Shown here: positions 35,264 to 43,841 of the stretch, piece after piece | Position numbering within the stretch: position 1 is the first letter of the stretch | Layout of the letters: each line of letters starts with the position of its first letter | Virus record (IMG/VR): IMGVR_UViG_3300017978_000319 | Coordinates: 1-48,134 of that record | Reading direction: 5' to 3' (one strand) | From: a virus | Lineage: Duplodnaviria > Caudoviricetes | DNA: 48,134 bases | Translations under genes and position numbers: made by a program | The notes under the pieces: model-generated | Databases searched by the model: none | What the model saw: the letters and a program-made list of their open reading frames with translations, nothing else | What the model was told of the DNA's origin: nothing

Positions 35264-36949
35264 ATGATCAAACCCACAGAGACGAAGCGCAGATACCATG
35301 AACGCCGCCTTCAGTCGCTGAAGGAGCGCCGCTCTTATTGGGACGATCACTGGTACGAGATTTCCCAGTACATCGCCCCGACGCGGTATCGCCGCAACGT
35401 CAACGACATCAAGGGCAGGCCGGATCGCAAGAAGATCATCGACCCCAGCCAGCTTCTCGCACTGCGGACGCTGGCATCAGGCATGCACTCTGGCATCACC
35501 AGCCCTGCTCGCCCTTGGTTCAGGCTGACCACGTTCGACCCTGACCTGCGCGAGTATGCCCCGGTCAAGACCTACCTGTCCCGCGCTGAGGCGATGATGC
35601 GCGAGGTCTTTCAGGCCTCCAACATCTACAAGTCGTTTCACTACGGCTATGGCGATCTCGGCTCGTTCGGCCAGTCCTGCGGCATCCTGATCGAGGATGA
35701 ACGCCGGATCGTCCGCATGCTACAGTTGACCCATGGCACGTTCTGGCTGGCTCGCGATGAGTACGGCGAGGCGAACACCCTGTACCGCCAACTGTACTGG
35801 TCCTGCGAGAAGATCGTCGCCCGGTTCGGCTACGACAACTGCAGCACGGTCATCCGGAACTGCTACGACAAGGGCGACTACGACCAGCACTTCATCATCA
35901 ACCACGCCATCGAACCCCGCAAGGATCGCGAGATCGGCAAGATCGACGCGAAGAACAAGCCCTTCCTGTCGAACTACTGGGAGGATGGCGCTGGGCGCGA
36001 GGACAAGCTGCTCGCCGAGAGCGGGTTCAGCCGCAATCCGATCATCTCCCCGATGTGGGAGGCCGTCGCCGATGATGACTATGGCACCGGGCCGGGGATG
36101 GAAGCCCTGCCAGACGTCAAGCAGCTTCAGGTGATGCAGATCAGGAAGGGCGAGACCGTCGACAAGAAGGTGCGCCCGCCGATGGTTGGGCCGATGAGCA
36201 TGAAGGGCAACCCAGCATCTCTCATGCCGGGGGCGCTGACCTATGTCGACGATCCTCAAGGCAAGGGTTTCCGCGCCGCCATCGACGTGAACCTGACCGT
36301 GACCGAACTGCGCGAGGACATCCGCGAGACCCAGTATCGGATCGACCGCACGTTCTACGCCGACCTGTTCCTGATGCTGTCCCAGATGGAGGGCATCCAG
36401 CCGCGCAACCAGTTCGAGATCGCCGAGCGCAAGGAGGAGAAGCTTCTGGCTCTCGGCCCGGTGCTGGAGAACATCTACGGAGGCCAGCTTGCGCCAGTCA
36501 TCGACCAGACCTTCGGCGTCATGGCTGGACGCGGCATGTTCGGCCCGCCGCCCAAGGAGATCGAGGAGAGCGAACTGAAGATCGAGTACGTCTCGATGCT
36601 CGCTCAGGCGCAGAAGGCCATCGGCACCGGGGCCATCGAGCGGGTGTTCTCGTTCGCTGGATCGCTGGCCGGGGTGAAGCCCGAGGTCATGGACAAGCTG
36701 GACGCGGATCAGGCCATCGACGTCTACAGCGATCTGGTCGGCATCGACCCATCGGTCATCGTCACCGACGACAACGTCAAGAAGACCCGCGAAAACCGGG
36801 CGCAGCAGATGCAGCAGCAGCAGATGGCAGAGCAGGCCCCGGCCATGGCGACCGCCGCGCGTCAGGGCGCTGAAGCGGCCCGCGTCCTGTCTGAGGTGCC
36901 AAATGGTGGCACTGGCAGCGCGCTTCTGCAGCAGATCGGGATCGCATGA
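35264..36949 (+). CDS. Portal (head-tail connector)
   Basis: LASGMHSGITSPARPWF..ERKEEKLLALGPVLE..IEYVSMLAQAQK. Confidence 0.93.
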   Translation: MIKPTETKRRYHERRLQSLKERRSYWDDHWYEISQYIAPTRYRRNVNDIKGRPDRKKIIDPSQLLALRTLASGMHSGITSPARPWFRLTTFDPDLREYAPVKTYLSRAEAMMREVFQASNIYKSFHYGYGDLGSFGQSCGILIEDERRIVRMLQLTHGTFWLARDEYGEANTLYRQLYWSCEKIVARFGYDNCSTVIRNCYDKGDYDQHFIINHAIEPRKDREIGKIDAKNKPFLSNYWEDGAGREDKLLAESGFSRNPIISPMWEAVADDDYGTGPGMEALPDVKQLQVMQIRKGETVDKKVRPPMVGPMSMKGNPASLMPGALTYVDDPQGKGFRAAIDVNLTVTELREDIRETQYRIDRTFYADLFLMLSQMEGIQPRNQFEIAERKEEKLLALGPVLENIYGGQLAPVIDQTFGVMAGRGMFGPPPKEIEESELKIEYVSMLAQAQKAIGTGAIERVFSFAGSLAGVKPEVMDKLDADQAIDVYSDLVGIDPSVIVTDDNVKKTRENRAQQMQQQQMAEQAPAMATAARQGAEAARVLSEVPNGGTGSALLQQIGIA

Positions 36950-37272
36950 TGACCGATCAGTTGACCGAGAAACTGTCGGCGGATGACCAACTGAACCGTG
37001 ACCGGGTCCAACTTGATCTGGAGGCAGTATTGCGATTACCGCAAGGTCGGCGAGTTCTGCTGATGATCCTCGAGCGATGTGGCGTGTACCGCAACGCTTA
37101 CACCGGGGAGAGACAGGCGACAGACTTCCGGCTCGGTGAGCAAAACGTGGGCCTCTGGCTGATCTCTCAGATCGAGATGGTGAACCCGACAGAATATCCC
37201 GCGCTGCTCCTTGATCGGGCGCGCAAGATGATAGAGGAGACGGCCAGTGTTCCCGTGGTGGATGAAGAATAA
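36946..37272 (+). CDS. Bbp19-like protein
   Basis: GRRVLL..FRLGEQNVGL; post-portal position. Confidence 0.7.
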   Translation: MMTDQLTEKLSADDQLNRDRVQLDLEAVLRLPQGRRVLLMILERCGVYRNAYTGERQATDFRLGEQNVGLWLISQIEMVNPTEYPALLLDRARKMIEETASVPVVDEE

Positions 37273-38032
37273 AGCCCCGATGTTCGCCCCCGAAGACGAG
37301 GGTGGATCGGGCGTAGGTTCGGGTACGGGCGATGTGGCTGGCGGTGACGCTGGCTCCGTCCTGTATCCGAATGACCCCACCCCCGGTACGGGCGCAACTG
37401 AGGTCACGGGCGGAAGCGACACCGTGGCCGGGGGCGAGGGCAACGACACCACCACTGGCGGAACCGACTGGCAGGAATACGTCGACGATCCGGCGAAGAC
37501 CGCCGATGAGAATGCTGCTGCCAAGGCAGAGCATGACAAGACCAAGCCCGCCGAGGCCGATCCGCTCGATGCGGTGCCTGAAGGCGACTACGTCCTGAGC
37601 CTGCCCGATGGTCTGCAGGTCGACGAGGCAACGCTCGCCACGCTGTCCCCGGCAATGAAAGAGGCTGGCATCAACGGGAAGCAAGCCAACACGCTTGCCG
37701 CCGCGTTCGCCTCCCTGAAGAAGGCCGAGTACGAGCAGTTTGGCCAGACCGTCACAGGCTGGGCCAAGACAGCGCAGGCCGACCCTGAGATGGGCGGAGC
37801 GAACTGGGACAGCACCGTGGCCAACGCTCAGAAGGTTATCAGCCAGTTCGGCTCTGATGGCCTGAAGGAATACCTGAACATGACCGGGGCGGGCAACCAT
37901 CCCGAGGTCATCCGCCTCATGGCCAAGGTCGGTGCCGTGATCAGCGACGACAACCCGACCGCAACGTCCCAAGGGAAGGTCGCGCGGGACACCGTCGCAA
38001 CCCTGTATCCCGATGATCAACCGAAGGGCTGA
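37262..38032 (+). CDS. Capsid scaffolding/assembly protein
   Basis: Acidic N-terminus; TGAGNHPEVIR..ISDD; precedes the capsid gene. Confidence 0.8.
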   Translation: MKNKAPMFAPEDEGGSGVGSGTGDVAGGDAGSVLYPNDPTPGTGATEVTGGSDTVAGGEGNDTTTGGTDWQEYVDDPAKTADENAAAKAEHDKTKPAEADPLDAVPEGDYVLSLPDGLQVDEATLATLSPAMKEAGINGKQANTLAAAFASLKKAEYEQFGQTVTGWAKTAQADPEMGGANWDSTVANAQKVISQFGSDGLKEYLNMTGAGNHPEVIRLMAKVGAVISDDNPTATSQGKVARDTVATLYPDDQPKG

Positions 38033-38036
38033 ATAA

Positions 38037-39044
38037 ATGGCAACTCTTTCTTCCACCTACCTGAACCTGATCGACATCCACAAGCAGAACAACCCTGCCA
38101 TCGGTGAAGTGATCGAAGTTCTGAAGCGTCAGAACCCGATCCTCGACGATGCCATGGCGATGGAATGCAACATGGGTGCGGTCCACCGCCACTCGATCCG
38201 CACTGGCCTGCCGACGCCTGCGTGGGGTCGCCTCTATCAGGGCATCCCGCAGTCGAAGTCCTCGGTTCAGCAGGTCGATGACACCACGGGCTTCCTTGAA
38301 GCACGTTCGGGCGTCGACACTCGCGCGCTGAAGATGTCGAAGAACCCCGGCGCGCTGCGTCTGGGCGAGGCCATGGCGCACCTCGAAGCCATGAACCAAG
38401 AGATGGCCTCTGGCCTGTTCTACCACGACACCGCGACCACGCCCGAGAAGTTCAAGGGTCTGGCTGCGCGCTTCGGCTCCCTCGGTGGCGGCGCGGCTGG
38501 CAACCAGATCATCGACGCGGGCGGAACCGGGACCGACAACACCTCGATCTGGTTCGTGACTTGGGGCGACCACGCCTGCCACCTACTGTATCCGGAAGGC
38601 ACCAAGGCTGGCGTCTCCCGCTTCGACAAGGGCGAGCAGCGTGTCCTCGATTTGGATGGCAACCCGTACTACGTGAAGGAAGAAACCTTCGAGTGGCACA
38701 TGGGCATGGCCGTGAAGGACTGGCGCTACGTGGTTCGCATCGCGAACATCGACGTGTCGGAACTCGCCGCTGGCAACGTCGACCTCTACAAGTGGATGCG
38801 GAAGGCCTACTGGAAACTCCAGTCGCGCCGCATGGACGGCAAGTCCAGCCGGATCGCCGTCTACGCGAACCGCGACGTCCTCGAGGCCCTCGACGGTCTC
38901 AGCACCCACAGCGGCGGCACGGGCAGCAACGACTACCTGCGCGTCACCCCGCGTGAACTGGAAGGCAAGGAAGTCCTGACCTACCGCAGCATGCCGCTGC
39001 GTGAGACGGACGCCCTGCTGAACACTGAGGCCCGCGTGGTCTGA
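38037..39044 (+). CDS. Major capsid protein (BPP-1/epsilon15 type)
   Basis: RTGLPTPAW..KDWRYVVRIANID..TDALLNTE. Confidence 0.92.
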   Translation: MATLSSTYLNLIDIHKQNNPAIGEVIEVLKRQNPILDDAMAMECNMGAVHRHSIRTGLPTPAWGRLYQGIPQSKSSVQQVDDTTGFLEARSGVDTRALKMSKNPGALRLGEAMAHLEAMNQEMASGLFYHDTATTPEKFKGLAARFGSLGGGAAGNQIIDAGGTGTDNTSIWFVTWGDHACHLLYPEGTKAGVSRFDKGEQRVLDLDGNPYYVKEETFEWHMGMAVKDWRYVVRIANIDVSELAAGNVDLYKWMRKAYWKLQSRRMDGKSSRIAVYANRDVLEALDGLSTHSGGTGSNDYLRVTPRELEGKEVLTYRSMPLRETDALLNTEARVV

Positions 39045-39054
39045 TGACCTGATC

Positions 39055-39076
39055 GGCTGGGCTTAACGGCCCAGCC
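39055..39076 (+). other. Hairpin after the capsid gene
   Basis: GGCTGGGC-TTAACG-GCCCAGCC, no U-tract. Confidence 0.55.
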
Positions 39077-39098
39077 CCCATCCCAAGAGGACAGAGAA

Positions 39099-39536
39099 AT
39101 GATCTTCGATAAAACCACCCTCCTGTCGGACGCTCAGGCCATCACCGCCGATGCAGTCTCGACGAACGTCATCGACCTGCTCGCCACGGGTACGGTCTAT
39201 GGCGCTGCTGCCCCGCTCACCAAGGATGTCGGCAAGGGCCAAGCCCTGAAGCTGCACATTCAGGTCGTTGAGGCCTTCAACACGCTGACCTCGCTGACCA
39301 TCTCGGTTCAGTGCGACAGCGTCGAGAACTTCGCCACGCCGAAGACCTTGGTGTCCGAGACCATCCTTCTGGCTGACCTGATTGCCGGGAAGACCTCGAA
39401 CATCATGGCAGTCCCGGCTGGTACGGACGAACGCTACCTGCGCCTGAACTATGACGTCACCGGGACCAACCCGACCACCGGGAAGATCACCGCTGGCCTC
39501 GTCATGGGTTCGCAGACCAACGGGGTGGACTTCTGA
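39099..39536 (+). CDS. Bbp16-like capsid cement protein
   Basis: SDAQAITA.AVSTNVIDL..RYLRLNY..GKITAGL. Confidence 0.85.
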   Translation: MIFDKTTLLSDAQAITADAVSTNVIDLLATGTVYGAAAPLTKDVGKGQALKLHIQVVEAFNTLTSLTISVQCDSVENFATPKTLVSETILLADLIAGKTSNIMAVPAGTDERYLRLNYDVTGTNPTTGKITAGLVMGSQTNGVDF

Positions 39537-39862
39537 TGACCACCCTCCGCGTTAAGGCGATCCAGACGGGGTACTACGGCAGCGTCCGTCGTGACCCCGG
39601 CGACCAGAAGTATGGCCAGTTCGTTCTGGCCAAGGCTTCCGACTTCTCCGCCAACTGGATGGAGGCTGTCGGCTGGGACGTCGAAGCGGAGCAGGCCAAG
39701 GAAAAGGTCGAGGCGGCAGAACCCAAGCTGAAGGCCGTCGCGCCCAAGCCTGCTGTCGCCCCGGCTGCACCAACGCCGATCAAGGCATCGACCGAGACCA
39801 CGGTCATGCCGCCCGCCACGGCACCGAAGCAAGTCAGCCCCATCACCGGGCAGGACATCTGA
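39536..39862 (+). CDS. Hypothetical virion-associated protein
   Basis: Coupled to the cement gene; Pro/Ala tail. Confidence 0.7.
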   Translation: MTTLRVKAIQTGYYGSVRRDPGDQKYGQFVLAKASDFSANWMEAVGWDVEAEQAKEKVEAAEPKLKAVAPKPAVAPAAPTPIKASTETTVMPPATAPKQVSPITGQDI

Positions 39863-39874
39863 CCAAGCAACACT

Positions 39875-39902
39875 GCGGGGCGCTGTATGCGCCCCGTTTA
39901 AT
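39875..39902 (+). terminator. Probable terminator
   Basis: GCGGGGCGC-TGTAT-GCGCCCCGT-TTAAT. Confidence 0.6.
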
Positions 39903-39922
39903 CGCCAAGAAGGGTGCTTCAG

Positions 39923-40225
39923 ATGGCCTTCGCTTACATCAAGGAATACCTGCGTCAGCCGAAGGACGGCGTCGGCCTCACTGTGCCTGCAGGTCAGGAG
40001 CCTGCCCTCGCGACCCAGAAGGTCGCCATCGGCGCTGGCTCGGTTCAGTCGGCTGCGTTCAACGCTCGCACCCGGTTCGTCGTCATCAACGTCGATCAGG
40101 CCTGCTCCTATGTGTTCGGCGCGAACCCGACCGCGACCGCGAACGAGATGCGGATGTCTGCCGACGCCACGCAATACTTCGGCGTGAACCCCGGCGACAA
40201 GGTCGCCTTCATCACCAACACCTGA
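39923..40225 (+). CDS. Small beta-rich putative structural protein
   Basis: Strong codon bias; start of the accessory head module. Confidence 0.65.
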   Translation: MAFAYIKEYLRQPKDGVGLTVPAGQEPALATQKVAIGAGSVQSAAFNARTRFVVINVDQACSYVFGANPTATANEMRMSADATQYFGVNPGDKVAFITNT

Positions 40226-40232
40226 GGACGCC

Positions 40233-40733
40233 ATGATCATCACCCCGAACAACCTCAGGAACGCCTCCGATCTGGTGGAACTGATCCGGCTGGTCTCGAC
40301 CGCAGAAGGTCTGGAGACCGCACTGGCTCAGGTCACCGCCGCGAAGACGGACATGGACCAGCGGGAGGCAGACATACTGGCCCGCGAGCAGTCCATCGAA
40401 GATCGCCTGCGTCAGGCAGGAGAGGCCGAGGACGCATCGCTTGCTGCACTGTCAGCGGCTGACCAGAGGAAGGCCGAGGCAGACGCTGCCATGGAGGCCC
40501 TGACGCAGGCGACCGCCGCTCTCGACGAGCGCGAGGTCGCCCTGAAGGCCGAGGCCAAGGCACTGCGCGCCCGCGACAGGGAACTGGACAAGCGCGAGAA
40601 AGAAGCGGCGCAGATCGCAGAAGCGCAGGACGCACGCGATGCTGTCCTCGACGCCCGCGAACAGTCGCTCGACGCTCGCACCGTCGAACTGACCGAGAAA
40701 GAGCAGCGCCTCCGCGCCGCATTGGAGGGCTGA
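40233..40733 (+). CDS. Coiled-coil protein
   Basis: Heptad-like E/A/R/L composition. Confidence 0.7.
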   Translation: MIITPNNLRNASDLVELIRLVSTAEGLETALAQVTAAKTDMDQREADILAREQSIEDRLRQAGEAEDASLAALSAADQRKAEADAAMEALTQATAALDEREVALKAEAKALRARDRELDKREKEAAQIAEAQDARDAVLDAREQSLDARTVELTEKEQRLRAALEG

Positions 40734-40734
40734 A

Positions 40735-41187
40735 ATGGCTGCTGGCGCGTGGAAGGTCTACGGCTCTGCCGTAGAAAAGAACAACAAGGGTACCCTCGAT
40801 CTCGACAGCAACGCGATCCGCATCGTGCTGCTCGGGACGGGGTACACCCCGAACCAAGGAACCCACGCCACATGGGCTGACGCATCGGCCAACGAGATCA
40901 CCGGGACCGGGTACACCGCAGGCGGCAAGCTTGTGACCCAGACCGTGACCCGGTCGAGCCTCGTCGTGACGTTCGACTGCGACGACCAGTCGTGGACCTC
41001 GTCGACCCTGAGTTCGGTGAAGTGGGCGGCGCTGGTTCGGGATGCCGACGCCAACGGCACACTGGCCAGCACCGACGATCTGATCGCCTATTGCGAACTG
41101 GAGGTCGGCGGAACTGTGTCCACCACCGGGGCCGCGCTGACGATCACCATGAACGCCTCCGGGGTGTTCGCCTTCACCGCGTCGTAA
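40735..41187 (+). CDS. Putative structural (fibre-associated) protein
   Basis: DLDSNAIRIVLL..NEITGTGYTAGG; Thr/Gly-rich. Confidence 0.65.
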   Translation: MAAGAWKVYGSAVEKNNKGTLDLDSNAIRIVLLGTGYTPNQGTHATWADASANEITGTGYTAGGKLVTQTVTRSSLVVTFDCDDQSWTSSTLSSVKWAALVRDADANGTLASTDDLIAYCELEVGGTVSTTGAALTITMNASGVFAFTAS

Positions 41188-41197
41188 GGGGGCAGGG

Positions 41198-41377
41198 ATG
41201 TTCAGTGTCGGGCAAGTGGTTCGGGTGGTCGGCGTATTCGCCGAAAGCTTCCCTGAAGAATATGAAGTCGTTAATGTGATCACACACCCTGATGGTCAGG
41301 TAGCGTTTGAATTGGTTGAAGCGGGCCGTGGCGAAATCGGTGGCTTTTCGGCGCAGTATTTGGAGGCCGTAGAATGA
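41198..41377 (+). CDS. 59-aa protein, SH3-like pattern
   Basis: MFSVGQVVRV..FSAQYLEAVE; ATGA-coupled; absent from the ORF track. Confidence 0.6.
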   Translation: MFSVGQVVRVVGVFAESFPEEYEVVNVITHPDGQVAFELVEAGRGEIGGFSAQYLEAVE

Positions 41378-42189
41378 CCATCACAACTCGCGATGAACTG
41401 ATTAACGCGCTGGCAAATAACTCTAGCCGGATCGTGGTGGACAAGAGTTCGCTGGGCAGCACCGCCGCTGGTCAGCTTTTCAGTCTCTGGACCGCTTCTG
41501 GCGCACCGGGGACAGGTTCGGCCCCAACATCCGCTGCTGTTCCAACCAATGCGACGGCTGGCTCTGTTTTCTTTACGAACCAGACCGCACCTGCCACCTC
41601 CTATCTAGCATGGTTCGCGGTTACAATGGCGGTTGGAACCCAAAGCCTTGAAATCCATGACCGCCTTGCTCACATGGGCGGCCTGTCTGGCACTGTGACG
41701 ACGGCACAGGGCGCATTGTCTCTGGTGACTACCGATCCCGGCGCTGATCGTCGCGGCGATGCCAACTATTCTGACGTCCAATGGTGGCTGGAAATATATA
41801 CCGCCTTGGGTGCGACCGGGGTGAACGCAACCGTGAACGTGACCTACGATGATGCCAGCACAGGGAACCTTGCGGCGATTGCCTTGGGTGCCACTCCGAG
41901 GGCTGGCAGACTGTATCCGCTAATTTCGGCTGTTTCTGGTCGCTTTATCCGTGCCGTGAACAGCGTCACGCTCTCGGCCACGACAGGCACGGCTGGGAAC
42001 TTCGGGATCACCGCCACACGGCAAAGGTCCATCGTAGCTTCTTATGTTGCAAACAAGGGCGAAAACTACGACTGGGCGCAGCTTGGTCTGCCCAACATCC
42101 ACAACAATAGCTGCCTGATGTTCATCGTGAACTGCGCTACCACGACTACCGGGTCTGTTCGCGCCCAAGGTAAGATCGCGCACGGGTAA
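41374..42189 (+). CDS. Thr/Ala/Gly-rich putative adhesin or structural protein
   Basis: Beta-rich composition; more A/T-ending codons than neighbours. Confidence 0.65.
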   Translation: MTITTRDELINALANNSSRIVVDKSSLGSTAAGQLFSLWTASGAPGTGSAPTSAAVPTNATAGSVFFTNQTAPATSYLAWFAVTMAVGTQSLEIHDRLAHMGGLSGTVTTAQGALSLVTTDPGADRRGDANYSDVQWWLEIYTALGATGVNATVNVTYDDASTGNLAAIALGATPRAGRLYPLISAVSGRFIRAVNSVTLSATTGTAGNFGITATRQRSIVASYVANKGENYDWAQLGLPNIHNNSCLMFIVNCATTTTGSVRAQGKIAHG

Positions 42190-42192
42190 GAC

Positions 42193-42867
42193 ATGACAGT
42201 CGTACTCAGCCCACAGCGCGACCTACCAACAGGCATTCGCGGCGGGTCTGACCTTTGGGAAGACGCTGGTGCGGGCGGTCAAATCCTCCGAGAGGATTGG
42301 TTTGCAACCGCATCAGGCCCGGTCACTGTCACGCCCAGCCTTGGTGCTGTCACCGTCACGGGCTTCGCTCCATCGGTCTCGGTCGGCGCTGCCGTCAACG
42401 TCACGCCCGGTCTCGGTGCTGTCGCCGTTGCCGGGGCCGCGCCGACCGTTGCAGCCGCAGCCACCGCAGCGATCCCTCGCGGTGCCGTCGCTGTTGCAGG
42501 CCTCGCACCGACCGTTGCCGCTGCCGCCGCTGTGACCCCTGCCAGAGGCGCTGTGGCTGTCGCTGGCTTCGCTCCGACCGTCACGGCGGGATCATCGGTC
42601 AACGTGGCTCCCAGCCTCGGCGCTGTCGCTGTGGCGGGCCTCCAGCCTGCCGTCGCTGCAGCGGCCAGCATGACGCCCGGTCGAGGCGCTGTCTCCGTGG
42701 CAGGGTTCTCTCCATCGGTCGCCGCAGCGGTCGCAGCATCCCCTGCGTCTGGCTCCGTCACGGTCGGCGGCTTCCCCCCTTCAGTCGACGTCGGAGCGCC
42801 TGTCACCCCCAGCGGACAGCGTCCCATCGTGGCAGCACTGCACCCCGGCCAGATGATGGCCAGCTAA
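42193..42867 (+). CDS. Ala/Val-rich repeat protein (7 repeats of 22-24 aa)
   Basis: P.xGAVAVAGxAPTV repeats. Confidence 0.7.
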   Translation: MTVVLSPQRDLPTGIRGGSDLWEDAGAGGQILREDWFATASGPVTVTPSLGAVTVTGFAPSVSVGAAVNVTPGLGAVAVAGAAPTVAAAATAAIPRGAVAVAGLAPTVAAAAAVTPARGAVAVAGFAPTVTAGSSVNVAPSLGAVAVAGLQPAVAAAASMTPGRGAVSVAGFSPSVAAAVAASPASGSVTVGGFPPSVDVGAPVTPSGQRPIVAALHPGQMMAS

Positions 42868-42870
42868 CAG

Positions 42871-42892
42871 AGAAACCGTTCCCTCGTATTGT
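42871..42892 (+). promoter_or_regulatory. Candidate late promoter AGAAACC-N8-GTATTGT
   Basis: Shared motif, upstream of tail genes. Confidence 0.55.
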
Positions 42893-42915
42893 GCGAGATC
42901 AAACAGGAGCCAGCT

Positions 42916-43203
42916 ATGAAGATGACCGATCTCGGACAGACGTGGGAGCGTGAGACGGTCGCCACGGGTGCCTCAAAAGAGAAGTATTACCCCACGATCT
43001 ACCTGAACAAGAAGCAGATGAAGGCTGCGGGCCTGACCAGTAAAGAGGTCGGTACCGAACTCGTCATGCATGCCAAGGTCCGCATCCGCTCGATGAGCGA
43101 CAGCGTGAACGGCGATGGATCGCTCGATCTCGAGGTGGTCGAGGCCTCCTTCGATGAGGCCGGAAAAGACACAGCAAAAATCATGTACGGAGATGAAGAC
43201 TGA
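42916..43203 (+). CDS. Possible epsilon15 gp10-like capsid staple protein
   Basis: YP.IYL..EVGTELVMHAKVRI pattern; position before tail tube A. Confidence 0.5.
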   Translation: MKMTDLGQTWERETVATGASKEKYYPTIYLNKKQMKAAGLTSKEVGTELVMHAKVRIRSMSDSVNGDGSLDLEVVEASFDEAGKDTAKIMYGDED

Positions 43204-43841
43204 TGTCATCCGTCGTCTACATCTGCAACCTTGCACTGGGCAACATCGGCAAGGATGACATCGCCTCCATCGACGAGGCGAGCGCCGAGGCCCGCGCTTG
43301 CAAGAAGTTCTACAGCATTGTCCTCGACACCACGCTGCAGTCCTATCCGTGGCGCTGGGCTGGCAAGACGGCCTCCCTCGCTCAGGTGACCAACGACAAG
43401 CCGAACCGCTGGCTCTACGCCTATCAGCGCCCGGTCGACTGCCTCAAGGTGATCCGAGTGGTCGACGAGAGCATGGCCGAGTACATGCCGTATGGTGAGG
43501 GCATCGTCTCTGGTGGCCACGCCTATGACATCGAAGGGCAGACGATCTACTGCGATCTGTCCCCGGCCTATCTGCAGTACACCCAGAAGATCACCGATCC
43601 GACGAAGTTCCCACCGATGTTCACCGACGCCCTGTCGATGGCCCTGTCGGCGCGCATCGCATATCCGATCACCCGCGACCTGAAGGTCAGGGCTGACGCC
43701 GTGACGCTCGCCAGTCAGGCCATGGAGACAGCGAAGTCGCTGGACGCCAACGAGGTCCGCGAGACCTCCGACTGGCCAGCCGAGAACATCGAAGCCCGTT
43801 CGCCCGGTGAGCCATTCCCACGGAGACCGATCAGTGGTTGA
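43203..43841 (+). CDS. Tail tubular protein A (T7 gp11-like adaptor)
   Basis: ICNLALGNIG..PWRWA..YAYQRPVDCL..FTDALS. Confidence 0.88.
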   Translation: MSSVVYICNLALGNIGKDDIASIDEASAEARACKKFYSIVLDTTLQSYPWRWAGKTASLAQVTNDKPNRWLYAYQRPVDCLKVIRVVDESMAEYMPYGEGIVSGGHAYDIEGQTIYCDLSPAYLQYTQKITDPTKFPPMFTDALSMALSARIAYPITRDLKVRADAVTLASQAMETAKSLDANEVRETSDWPAENIEARSPGEPFPRRPISG

